The position numbers and the translations under genes were made by a program. 64,000 bases of DNA from an uncultured Clostridia bacterium (lineage in GTDB: Bacteria; Bacillota; Clostridia; Christensenellales; UBA1242). The stretch is taken from NCBI GenBank assembly GCA_947630745.1, contig CANRIT010000006.1, positions 1,029-65,028 on the forward strand. The letters are read 5' to 3'. Below the pieces are notes generated by a model. The model was not told where the DNA came from. It did not search any database and saw only the letters and a program-made list of their open reading frames with translations. Shown here one piece after another: positions 31,584-40,970 of the stretch (its first letter is position 1; the number at the start of each line of letters is the position of its first letter).

Positions 31584-33092
31584 ATGAAAACATTTTTTAA
31601 AGCGGTGATGATAACCACAATATTTTCTGTTTTAACGCGCGCGCTGGGTTTTGTTTTCCGCATTTATTTTTCGCGCAAACTGGGGGCGGAAGGATTGGGG
31701 TTATTCCAGATGGCGTCAAGTGTGCTGGGCATTTTTATGACGCTTGTGTCAAGTGGGATTCCGCTTTCAACCGCAAAACTTGTGTCAAAATACGAGGTTG
31801 GCGGGCAACTTAAAAAGCGCAATCAGCTTGTGGGTTCGGCGTTGATTGTTGCGCTTGTTGTGGCTGTTTTATCTAGTTTTTTAATTGTGATTTTGCGCGC
31901 ATTTTGGGGTGTGGTGCTAACCGATAATCGCGCGGTGGAAATTTTGATTATCCTTGTGCCGTCAGTTGTGTTTAGTGCCATCTACGCCGTGTTTCGCGGT
32001 GCGCTTTGGGGGCAAAATGACTATTTTAGTTGTGGGTTGACCGAACTTGTTGAGCAGATTTTTAGATTTGTGCTTACCTTTGTTATGCTTAGAAACATAA
32101 CCGACTTTTTTGTGTCAAGCAAATATGCGGCAATTGCATTTAATTTAACCTGCCTTATTTCCGCCTTACTTTCTGTGTTTATCTATTTTAGACGGGGCAA
32201 AATTGGGGTGGCAAAAAGCGAATTTAAATCGATTATAAAATCCGCCGCGCCAATAACCGGAGTGCGGCTTGCAAACTCGCTTGTTCAGCCGCTGACCACA
32301 TTTATCATCCCCACCATGCTTATTGTTGCTGGATACACAAAAAGCGAGGCGGTGGCAAGTTTTGGTGTGATTATGGGCATGACCTGGCCGCTGTTGTTTG
32401 TGCCGATGACTATAATTGGCAGCATAAGCATGGTGCTTATACCTTCCATAAGCGCGATGGCAACAAAAAACATGGGCGAACAAATTGCAGACAATGTGCA
32501 AAAAGCACTTGAAGTTAGCATGTTTATAAGCATGCTGTTTATTCCGGTCTACCTTGCTGTTGGCGACCTGATTGGCATTGTGCTGTACAACAATCAGCTT
32601 TCGGGCGTGCTGCTGCAACTGGCGGGGGTGTGCGTGCTGCCTATTACGCTTTGCAACCTTACGGGAAGTGTGCTAAACGCGCTTAATTTGGAAGTTAAAT
32701 CGTTTGTAAATTATCTGCTTGGCTCGCTTGTGCTGTTTGCTTGCTTGATTGTTTTAACGCCAATAATTGGCATAAATTCGGTTATTGTCTCGTTCTTTTT
32801 ATCGATGACCACAATCACCCTTTTAAACCTGCGTAAGATAAAGCAAAAAGTGCCAAGCCTTAAATTTACCGTGTTTGCAAACAGTTTTAAATACACGCTT
32901 ATTGTTGCGCCAATAAGTTTAACTTGCCATTTTGTTGCAAACATTTTGCGGCATGTGTTTAATTACTTTATCTGCGCTTCAATTTCTGGATTGCTTTGCG
33001 TTGGACTGATGATTTTGTTTGTTAAAATATTTAACATATATGACCTAAAAAATTTATTCGCCCTACTAAAACGCAAAAAGAAAGTTAATTAA
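31584..33092 (+). CDS. SpoVB/MurJ-like MOP-superfamily flippase
   Basis: TRALGFVFRIYFSRKLGAEGLGLFQM, SSGIP....KLVS, EQIFR. Many TM helices. Confidence 0.85.
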   Translation: MKTFFKAVMITTIFSVLTRALGFVFRIYFSRKLGAEGLGLFQMASSVLGIFMTLVSSGIPLSTAKLVSKYEVGGQLKKRNQLVGSALIVALVVAVLSSFLIVILRAFWGVVLTDNRAVEILIILVPSVVFSAIYAVFRGALWGQNDYFSCGLTELVEQIFRFVLTFVMLRNITDFFVSSKYAAIAFNLTCLISALLSVFIYFRRGKIGVAKSEFKSIIKSAAPITGVRLANSLVQPLTTFIIPTMLIVAGYTKSEAVASFGVIMGMTWPLLFVPMTIIGSISMVLIPSISAMATKNMGEQIADNVQKALEVSMFISMLFIPVYLAVGDLIGIVLYNNQLSGVLLQLAGVCVLPITLCNLTGSVLNALNLEVKSFVNYLLGSLVLFACLIVLTPIIGINSVIVSFFLSMTTITLLNLRKIKQKVPSLKFTVFANSFKYTLIVAPISLTCHFVANILRHVFNYFICASISGLLCVGLMILFVKIFNIYDLKNLFALLKRKKKVN

Positions 33093-33114
33093 ATTTTAAA
33101 AAAGTGAGAAATAT

Positions 33115-33266
33115 TTACTTTTTGTGAGCAAAAAATAACAAAAACACTTACTTTTTGTGAGCAAAAAGTAACAAAAACACAAGTTAAAGTAAAAAATCAA
33201 AAATATAAAAAAATATAAACAATAATACTTACTTTTTGTGAGCAAAAAGTAATAAAAACACAAGTT
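33115..33266 (+). repeat. three copies of a 33-nt palindromic REP-like unit
   Basis: TTACTTTTTGTGAGCAAAAAGTAACAAAAACAC at 33115, 33148 and 33229, with at most one mismatch per copy. Confidence 0.9.
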
Positions 33267-33323
33267 TTTATGCAAAAGTGATAAAAAAAGATTAAATTAT
33301 TTTTTGATGTAAATAATTTAGTT

Positions 33324-34037
33324 ATGCTAATTGTTTTTGTAAGAGTTTTGATTATTTACCTAACCGTGCTGGTGTTTATGCGCATTATGGGCAAGCGGCA
33401 AATTGGGCAGATGCAACCGTACGAGGTTGTTATCACCCTTATTATTGCCGACTTAGCCACCCTGCCGATGAGCGACAACAACATTCCGCTTTTAAACGGA
33501 ATTTTGCCGCTGGCGGTGCTGGTGATTATTCATTTTGTTATTACATTTATTACGCGCAAAAGTGTGGGTGTAAGAAATTTTTTAAGCGGCAAGCCAGTGG
33601 TTGTAATAAGTCCGCAAGGTATTGAATATGACGCGCTAAAACAACTTAATATGAATATCGATGACATTTTGGAGGCCATGCGGCAAAACAGCTACAATAG
33701 TTTTGACCAAGTGCTGTTTGCGATAGTGGAAACAAACGGGACAATAAGCATAATCCCAACCAGCCAAAATGCGCCCGCGACCGCGCAAGATGTGGGGGCA
33801 AAAAATCCGCCAACCAAACTTACGCATGTCATTGTTAGCGACGGGAAGATTATTAAAGAAGAAATGCAGCAGATAGATTTGCAAATGGATGTGCTGGATA
33901 AAATTTTGCAGCATCTTAAGGTTAAAGCAAAACAATTAATTTTGCTGTGCATGGACAAAGACGGCAAAATTTACTATCAGCAAAAAGGCGAAAGTTACAA
34001 GGTTGTGCAGAACATTTTTAAAGAGGTGAAGTTATGA
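33324..34037 (+). CDS. DUF421 (YetF-like) membrane protein
   Basis: MRIMGKRQIGQMQPYEVVITLIIADLA, AIVETNGTISI. Confidence 0.9.
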   Translation: MLIVFVRVLIIYLTVLVFMRIMGKRQIGQMQPYEVVITLIIADLATLPMSDNNIPLLNGILPLAVLVIIHFVITFITRKSVGVRNFLSGKPVVVISPQGIEYDALKQLNMNIDDILEAMRQNSYNSFDQVLFAIVETNGTISIIPTSQNAPATAQDVGAKNPPTKLTHVIVSDGKIIKEEMQQIDLQMDVLDKILQHLKVKAKQLILLCMDKDGKIYYQQKGESYKVVQNIFKEVKL

Positions 34038-34414
34038 GAAATGTGCCTATCTTTATCCTTATTTTTGCCGTTATAGGTTTTGTTGTTTGGGAGAGTGTAA
34101 ACACACATCAAGTGTTTAATCACCTTACAAAAGAAAGCGATGCCATTTATTTGCAACTTGAATCGGGCGAAATTGACGAGCCACTTGAACAAAAAATTGG
34201 CAACCTTAACAATTATTGGACAAAAGAAATGGATAAACTTGCCATAAGCATTTCCAAAAAGGATTTGCAACCAGTTAGCGACTATTTGCAGTATTTGGTG
34301 GCGGCAGTAAAAAACGACAGCGCGGACGATGCCCTAACCTACGCCCGCCTACTTGACTACAACATTGACGGCCTTAAAGAAGCCAGCGGCATAACTTGGC
34401 TAAATTTATTGTAA
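34034..34414 (+). CDS. DUF4363-like protein
   Basis: N-terminal TM helix, W......LAISISKKDL, C-terminal W.NLL. 4-nt overlap with the DUF421 gene, a pairing typical of Clostridia. Confidence 0.65.
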   Translation: MRNVPIFILIFAVIGFVVWESVNTHQVFNHLTKESDAIYLQLESGEIDEPLEQKIGNLNNYWTKEMDKLAISISKKDLQPVSDYLQYLVAAVKNDSADDALTYARLLDYNIDGLKEASGITWLNLL

Positions 34415-34515
34415 CTTTTCTTTGATAGAAAAGTAACTAAAGAACTACTTTTCTTTGATAGAAAGATAACAAAAGAACTACTTTCCTGTGACAGAAAAGT
34501 AGCAAAAGAACAAGT
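34412..34515 (+). repeat. three tandem copies of a 33-nt palindromic REP-like unit
   Basis: TACTTTTCTTTGATAGAAAAGTAACAAAAGAAC-like units at 34412, 34446 and 34479. Confidence 0.88.
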
Positions 34516-34758
34516 AAAAATACCAATTATAATAATGATATTTGACGTAATATTGAATTTAGCGTTGATTTAAATAGTTATATTAATAAATAAAATATAT
34601 AAATTTCTATAAAAAACACAAAAATTTAATGAAAAATACAAAAAAATTAAGGTTTTTGCCTTAATTTTTTACTTTTTTGCGGGTTTTGTCGCTAATTTTT
34701 CTTAGCGGTTGATTTTTTAGATGTTGTTTTCGTGACTGGCTTTTTTGTTTTTGCGTCA

Positions 34759-37659
34759 TCACTTTTTGATGATTTTTTTTGTGTCCGCACTTGCTTTTGA
34801 TTTTTTATTTTCTGTATTGCTATCTACCGTTTTAGATTTAGTGGTTGGCTGATTAAGGTATTTTTTAAGATATTGACCGGTGTAGCTGCCTTTTACTTGG
34901 GCAACTTCTTCTGGCGTGCCGGTAGCAATAACTTTGCCGCCACCTTCCCCACCTTCTGGACCCATATCTATAATATAGTCTGCTGTTTTAATAACATCCA
35001 AATTGTGTTCTATCACCACAACAGTGTTGCCCTTGCCTACAAGTCGTTGCAAAATGTTGACCAGTTTTTTAACATCGTAACTATGCAGCCCGGTGGTAGG
35101 CTCGTCCAAAATGTAAACCGTGTTGCCCGTGTCACGCCGCGTTAATTCAGTGGCGAGTTTAAGGCGTTGCGCCTCACCGCCCGAAAGTGTGGTTGCGCTT
35201 TGACCAAGTTTTACATAACCAAGCCCAACATCCACCAGCGTTTGCAGTTTGGATTTGATTTGCGGAATATTTTCAAAAAATTCATATGCCTCGTCAATTG
35301 TCATTTCAAGCACGTCGTAAATGGATTTGTCCTTATACTTAATCTCCAGCGTTTCGCGCGAATAGCGTTTGCCGTTGCACACCTCGCAAGGAACATACAC
35401 GTCAGGCATAAAATACATCCTAAGCCGCTTTACACCATCGCCCGCGCAGGCTTCACATCTGCCGCCTTCCACATTAAAACTAAACTTGTTTGCCCCATAT
35501 CCTTTGCTTTTTGCCGCGTTTGTGGATGCAAAAAGTTCGCGAATTTTTGTAAACACGCCCGAATAAGTAACCGGGTTGCTGCGCGGAGTACGGCCAATTG
35601 GGTCTTGGTCAATTTGGATAACTTTATCCACCTTGTCCGCACCCAGCAGGCTTACAAAATTATTTTCTTGCTGGCGGCGGTTGAGTTTGTTGAACAGCGC
35701 GCGGTAGAATATATCGTCAACCAAAGTGGATTTTCCGCTTCCGCTCACCCCAGTTACAACGGTAAGCACGCCTTGCGGAATGGCTACATCCAAATCTTTT
35801 ATATTGTGCTGGCGGCAACCAAGCAAACGAATAAATTCCTTTTTAATTTCGCGCCGCTTTAAAGGGACTTCAATCTTTTCTTCCCCCGACAAAAATTTGC
35901 CCGTTATGCTGCGCGGAGATGAAATAAGGTCTTGCACACTGCCCTCTGCCACAATTTCGCCACCATGAACGCCCGCTTTTGGACCGATGTCAACAATGTG
36001 GTCGGCTGCGCGGATGGTGTCTTCGTCATGTTCAACCACAATAAGGGTGTTGCCCAAATCTCGCAAATTTTTAAGCGCGGCAATAAGGCGGTCGTTATCC
36101 CGCTGATGCAAACCGATGCTTGGCTCATCCAAAATGTAAAGCACCCCGCTAAGCCCACTGCCAATTTGAGTTGCCAACCTTATGCGCTGTGCCTCGCCAC
36201 CCGAAAGTGTGCTTGCCGCACGCGACAAACTAAGGTAAGTAAGCCCAACATTTATCAAAAATGACAAGCGCGCCTTAATTTCGTGTAAGATGCTTTCCGC
36301 CACCTGCTGCTCGGTTTTGTTAAGTTTTAAATTGCAGATAAAATTGTACAATTTTTCAATTGACATTTCGCACAAATCCGCAATGTTTTTGTTGTTGATT
36401 TTAATTGAAAGCGCGGCGGGATTAAGCCTGCGGCCATGACATTCTGGGCAGGTGTCTTGCGACATAAGTTTGTAAATTTCTTCCTTCATCCACTCGCTGT
36501 TGCTTTCGTTAAAGCGGCGCAATAGGTCGGGAATTATCCCCATAAATTTATAGTCCGAACGCAACAGATATTGATGCAAATTTGGCGCGCTTTCTTGTTC
36601 GCCCTTTTCCCCGTTTATAAGTGCTTGCCTAAGTTCGGTGCTAAACTTGTAGTACGGCGTGTCAAGTGTGTAGCCGTATTTTTTAACCAATTTGTTAAGC
36701 GCTTTTTTTGTGATGCCGGTGGCGTCAATGTTAAAGCCAAGCACGCTAAGCGCGCCCTCGTTGATTGAAAGCCTATCGTTTTTAACAATGGCATTTTCAC
36801 CAATTTTTATTACATACCCCAGCCCGCCGCATTTTGGGCATGCGCCTTGGTGGCTGTTAAAACTGAAAAATGATGGTTCGATGTCGGGCAAGGATATTCC
36901 GCAATCCACGCACGAAAATTTTACGCTAAACAGGTGAGTTTTTTCGCCGTCAAAAATGGTCACCAACCCGTTTGCCAATTGCAAGCATTTATCCACGCTG
37001 TCGGTAAGGCGGCTTACAATGCCCTCTTTGTTAATTATCCTATCCACAACCACGCTTATGTCGTGGCGTTTGTTTTTGTCCAAATTAATTTCATCGTCAA
37101 GCGAAAGCACTTCGCCGTCCACCATAACGCGAACATAGCCGTCCTTTCTAAGCGCATCCAACACCTTTTCTTGACTGCCCTTTTGCGCGCGCACAATTGG
37201 CGCCATAACAAGCAGTTTTGCGCCTTGTTCCAATGCACAGATGTGGTCGACAATTTGGTCAATGGTCTGCGCGGTTATTGGCTTGCCGCATTTTGGGCAA
37301 TACGGCTTGCCTATGCGGGCAAAAAGCAGACGAAAATAGTCATAAATTTCGGTTATTGTGCCAACGGTTGAACGCGGGTTGTTGTTGGTTGATTTTTGGT
37401 CGATTGAAACAGCTGGACTAAGCCCATCTATACTTTCCACATCGGGCTTGTTCATCTGCCCCAAAAATTGGCGGGCATAGCTTGACAAACTTTCCATATA
37501 TCTGCGCTGGCCCTCAGCAAAAATTGTGTCAAACGCAAGTGTGCTTTTTCCGCACCCGCTTACGCCAGAAAAAACAATAAGCTTATTTTTTGGCAAGGTT
37601 AAATCCACATTTTTTAAGTTGTTTTCCTTAGCGCCTTTTATAATAATGTTGTTAAGCAT
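34759..37659 (-). CDS. uvrA: excinuclease ABC subunit A
   Basis: Two Walker A motifs (GVSGCGKS, GVSGSGKS), two LSGGEAQR signatures, LDEPSIGLH and LDEPTTGLH, zinc fingers. Confidence 0.98.
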   Translation of the reverse strand: MLNNIIIKGAKENNLKNVDLTLPKNKLIVFSGVSGCGKSTLAFDTIFAEGQRRYMESLSSYARQFLGQMNKPDVESIDGLSPAVSIDQKSTNNNPRSTVGTITEIYDYFRLLFARIGKPYCPKCGKPITAQTIDQIVDHICALEQGAKLLVMAPIVRAQKGSQEKVLDALRKDGYVRVMVDGEVLSLDDEINLDKNKRHDISVVVDRIINKEGIVSRLTDSVDKCLQLANGLVTIFDGEKTHLFSVKFSCVDCGISLPDIEPSFFSFNSHQGACPKCGGLGYVIKIGENAIVKNDRLSINEGALSVLGFNIDATGITKKALNKLVKKYGYTLDTPYYKFSTELRQALINGEKGEQESAPNLHQYLLRSDYKFMGIIPDLLRRFNESNSEWMKEEIYKLMSQDTCPECHGRRLNPAALSIKINNKNIADLCEMSIEKLYNFICNLKLNKTEQQVAESILHEIKARLSFLINVGLTYLSLSRAASTLSGGEAQRIRLATQIGSGLSGVLYILDEPSIGLHQRDNDRLIAALKNLRDLGNTLIVVEHDEDTIRAADHIVDIGPKAGVHGGEIVAEGSVQDLISSPRSITGKFLSGEEKIEVPLKRREIKKEFIRLLGCRQHNIKDLDVAIPQGVLTVVTGVSGSGKSTLVDDIFYRALFNKLNRRQQENNFVSLLGADKVDKVIQIDQDPIGRTPRSNPVTYSGVFTKIRELFASTNAAKSKGYGANKFSFNVEGGRCEACAGDGVKRLRMYFMPDVYVPCEVCNGKRYSRETLEIKYKDKSIYDVLEMTIDEAYEFFENIPQIKSKLQTLVDVGLGYVKLGQSATTLSGGEAQRLKLATELTRRDTGNTVYILDEPTTGLHSYDVKKLVNILQRLVGKGNTVVVIEHNLDVIKTADYIIDMGPEGGEGGGKVIATGTPEEVAQVKGSYTGQYLKKYLNQPTTKSKTVDSNTENKKSKASADTKKIIKK

Positions 37660-37796
37660 TTATCCTCCAAATGTATCAATTATTATTATACCACCATTTG
37701 CAAAATTTTTCAAGCATAATATAAAAATAAATTTTTGAACTTAAAAAATATAAATTTAAGGCGATTTTTTGCATAAAAAAAGCCCCAGCGGGACTT

Positions 37797-38204
37797 TTAA
37801 TACTTTTTGCTTGGAGCAAGGATAACTAGCAGCAAGGCAAGCACGCCAACACCAATTGAGACGCCCATCGCCACATTGTTGGTTGCGTTAACTGAAACTG
37901 CGCCGCCAAAATTTGCAACCGAAAGTTTGAAGAATGAATCAATTGTAAGTGTTTCCTTAGTTTTGTCTGTGATTTGGATTTCAATGGCGTTTTCTTTAAA
38001 ATTGATTTTGTACTTAAATGTATCTTCATGCTTGGTGTCGCCAATTTTCAATTCCCTTTTAACCTTGCCGTTAAGTTGGAAGGTGTAAGAAAGTTCTTGC
38101 CCCTCAGTTTTGTATGTGTATTTTGTGTAAGGCAAAATTATGGTTGGCCAACCAAACCCAACCACAACAAAAGCCAAACAAAGTATCAAAACAATTTTAC
38201 GCAT
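37797..38204 (-). CDS. hypothetical membrane protein
   Basis: N- and C-terminal hydrophobic helices around a small beta-rich domain. AGGAGG RBS and terminator at about 37774-37797. Confidence 0.75.
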   Translation of the reverse strand: MRKIVLILCLAFVVVGFGWPTIILPYTKYTYKTEGQELSYTFQLNGKVKRELKIGDTKHEDTFKYKINFKENAIEIQITDKTKETLTIDSFFKLSVANFGGAVSVNATNNVAMGVSIGVGVLALLLVILAPSKKY

Positions 38205-38357
38205 AACTCCCTCCTATTTTTTGTTATTATAACATTAATAGTGCGCAAAGTCAATAATTTATGACAAAATTTGCAAAACAAAAAACTATTTTTAAAATAT
38301 TAATATTTTAACTTGACAACAATTGGTTAAAATTTTAAAATAAAGATAGGAGAAATT

Positions 38358-40145
38358 ATGTTAAATAGAAATGAAGTTCCAGCACAGTACAAATGGAAGT
38401 TGGAAGGGTTTGAAACGGATGAGGCAATTGAAAAAGTTTTTAAAACTTTAACCAAACTTACAAACGAAATGCCAAAATATAACGGCAAGTTTGAAGACGA
38501 AAACGCGCTTTACGAATATCTAACCAAATACGAAAAGGATGAGATTTTAATTCACAAATTTTCGCACTACATTTTTAATTCGCTTAGCGTGGATTGTTCA
38601 AACACAAAATTTTTGAAGTTGCGCACCCGTTTTATGAATGAGTACAACAAGTATTGCGAGGCATGTGCCTTTGTTACGCCACAGCTTAACAAACTTCCGC
38701 TTGCCTATTTAAAGGGGCTTATTAAAAACCCAAAATTTAAAAAATACACCACTACTATTGAAAACATTATCCACTATAAGCCGCACCGCGTGGATGAAAA
38801 AACCAATTTGATTTTGACCAAACTTGGCGCAGTTTTGGGCGATAACGATTCGGTTTTTGACATTTTTACTGACAGCGAAATGCCGTTTGACGATGTGGTT
38901 GACAGCAAGGGCAAAAAGCACAAACTGTTTAATTCCAACTATTCTGGCTTTGTGTCAAGCCACGACCGCGTGCTTAGGCAATCCGCTTTTAACAGCATGA
39001 TGAACGGGTACGGCAATTTTATTAAGACTTTTGAACGCCTTTATTTGAAGGATATTGAAACGGACAAAATCCTTGCCAAAATGCACAACTACCCTAGTTG
39101 TTTGGACGAGGCGTTGGATGGCGAGTTTATTCCACGCGCGGTTTTTGATAAGGTGATTGAAGAGACGAACAAGAATATCCCGCTTTTGCAAGATTATGTT
39201 AAAACCATTGCAAAGCAAGAAAATATTAAAGGGTTTGCCTATTTTGACCTGTTTGATGAGGGCAAGTTGAACAAAAAAATAACCATAGAAAGCATGAAGC
39301 AGACGGTTTTGGATGGATTAAAGCCGCTTGGAAGCGAGTATTTGGCGCACCTTAACAAAAAATTTAACGACTTTTCAATTGACTTTTTGCCAAACAAGCA
39401 CAAGGCTTCGGGCGCGTACAGCAGCGATTGTTATGGCGGAAAAAATGTTGTGTTGATGAATTTTACTGGCAATTACGATTCGGTAAGCACGCTTGCGCAC
39501 GAAATGGGACATTGCATTAATGCGGAATATTACAACAACACCCAACTTGTTAACGATGCGGGGGTATACATTTTTACTGCGGAAATTGCAAGCACGGTGA
39601 ACGAACTTATTTTAAACCAATACATGCTTAAAAACAGCAGCGATAAAGAAAAGGTGTTTTATTTGCGCCAATTTTTAGATAGAGCGCGCAGCACGATTTA
39701 TAGGCAAATTTTGTTTAGCGAGTTTGAACTTTGGGCGCACACGCAAGTGGAAAACGAAGTGCCAATAACCTATGTTGAATTGTGCGACAAATATTATGAG
39801 CTTAACAAAAAATATTATGGCAACAGCTGCGTTTTGCCAAAAAATTTGCAAAACGAATGGGCGCGCATCCCACACTTTTACAACGCGTATTATGTTTACT
39901 GCTATGCAACTGGTTTGATTGCAGCGATGAATATTGTTAGCAATATAAATGCTGACGCAAACTATGTTAAAAAATATATTGAGTTTTTAAAGAATGGCAC
40001 AAAGGTGCACCCTATTGAAATTTTGCGCAAAATTGATATTGATTTAACCACAGATGAGCCTTACAAAAAAGCGTTTGATATGTTTAAAAAATATCTTGAT
40101 GAATACAAAATGCTTACAAAAAACGCAAAAAAATCTAAAAAATAA
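38358..40145 (+). CDS. pepF: oligoendopeptidase F (peptidase M3B)
   Basis: R.EVP..YKW.L, K.SGAYS, TLAHEMGH zinc motif, AEIASTVNE, WARIPHFY..YYVY.YATG. Confidence 0.93.
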   Translation: MLNRNEVPAQYKWKLEGFETDEAIEKVFKTLTKLTNEMPKYNGKFEDENALYEYLTKYEKDEILIHKFSHYIFNSLSVDCSNTKFLKLRTRFMNEYNKYCEACAFVTPQLNKLPLAYLKGLIKNPKFKKYTTTIENIIHYKPHRVDEKTNLILTKLGAVLGDNDSVFDIFTDSEMPFDDVVDSKGKKHKLFNSNYSGFVSSHDRVLRQSAFNSMMNGYGNFIKTFERLYLKDIETDKILAKMHNYPSCLDEALDGEFIPRAVFDKVIEETNKNIPLLQDYVKTIAKQENIKGFAYFDLFDEGKLNKKITIESMKQTVLDGLKPLGSEYLAHLNKKFNDFSIDFLPNKHKASGAYSSDCYGGKNVVLMNFTGNYDSVSTLAHEMGHCINAEYYNNTQLVNDAGVYIFTAEIASTVNELILNQYMLKNSSDKEKVFYLRQFLDRARSTIYRQILFSEFELWAHTQVENEVPITYVELCDKYYELNKKYYGNSCVLPKNLQNEWARIPHFYNAYYVYCYATGLIAAMNIVSNINADANYVKKYIEFLKNGTKVHPIEILRKIDIDLTTDEPYKKAFDMFKKYLDEYKMLTKNAKKSKK

Positions 40146-40259
40146 GCAAAAATTAAAAAAATATTTTGTTTTTTAACAGATTTGCAGGATTAATTAAAAT
40201 TTATAATAATAATTAAAAGTTTGCAAAAAATATATTAATGTGCTATAATGGGAGTGAAT

Positions 40260-40595
40260 ATGCTAGATAAAAAGTGCGGCGAAGTGTTGCGAGTTTTAAA
40301 AAAACTTAACGCGGAAGAAAGTTACAAGGTTGTTACGCTTGAAGAAATTGCAGGCGAACTTAAAGGGTTTTCGCTGGCTGTTATTAAGCAGTGCATGGAT
40401 ACCCTTGCCCGGGAGGGGTATATCAACATTAAGTTTTGTGAAGACAACACATATTGCTATTCAATAAAAAAGCAAATAAGTGCGCAACAAGAAGTGGCAG
40501 CAAAACCAAACAACAAACTTATGTATCTATATATCTTCCTTGCCGCGTTTGCTGGCAGCTTTTTGGCTTTTATGTTGGTGGCATTAATATTTTAA
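40260..40595 (+). CDS. hypothetical protein, winged-helix-like domain plus C-terminal TM helix
   Basis: VTLEEIAGEL....AVIKQCMDTLAREGYINIK pattern and hydrophobic C-terminus. TTGCAA..TATAAT promoter and GGAG RBS. Confidence 0.7.
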   Translation: MLDKKCGEVLRVLKKLNAEESYKVVTLEEIAGELKGFSLAVIKQCMDTLAREGYINIKFCEDNTYCYSIKKQISAQQEVAAKPNNKLMYLYIFLAAFAGSFLAFMLVALIF

Positions 40596-40604
40596 GGTGG
40601 AGTT

Positions 40605-40964
40605 ATGTTATCCTTTAAAGAAAAGTATGTTATGGAATTTGTTTATCAGCGTTGCCAAGGCAAAAAATCTTGCCTTATTTCCCCACGCGAAATTATAAGT
40701 CACGCGGCGGACAAATATGTGCTTTACGCTGACGAGCTTGAAAAGATTATGACAAATTTAAGTTACGACAATTACATAGAGCTTGTTAAGTCGGACAAAA
40801 AGGGCGCGCCCGTTTATTGCGTGTCACTTAAAATTAAGGGCGAAGGTTTCCATCGCGAACTGTCGATTGGTAAGCGAAATTTTTGGCTTTTGTTTGGGCG
40901 CACATGCTTGTTTGCCATGGTGGGCGCAATTGTAGGTTGCATTATTAAGCTTATTTTGTTGTAG
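40605..40964 (+). CDS. hypothetical protein, winged-helix-like domain plus C-terminal TM helix
   Basis: ISPREII......ELEKIMTNLSYDNYIEL......YCVSL..KG and hydrophobic C-terminus. Confidence 0.7.
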   Translation: MLSFKEKYVMEFVYQRCQGKKSCLISPREIISHAADKYVLYADELEKIMTNLSYDNYIELVKSDKKGAPVYCVSLKIKGEGFHRELSIGKRNFWLLFGRTCLFAMVGAIVGCIIKLILL

Positions 40965-40970
40965 GTGGCT

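Noticed and set aside
34756-34761. TGA readthrough or alternative genetic code at the uvrA end
   Set aside because: All conserved genes are intact under the standard code. The extension lies in another frame and is explained by a homopolymer shift.
37660-37740. LexA/SOS box upstream of uvrA
   Set aside because: No GAAC-N4-GTTC match was found by eye.
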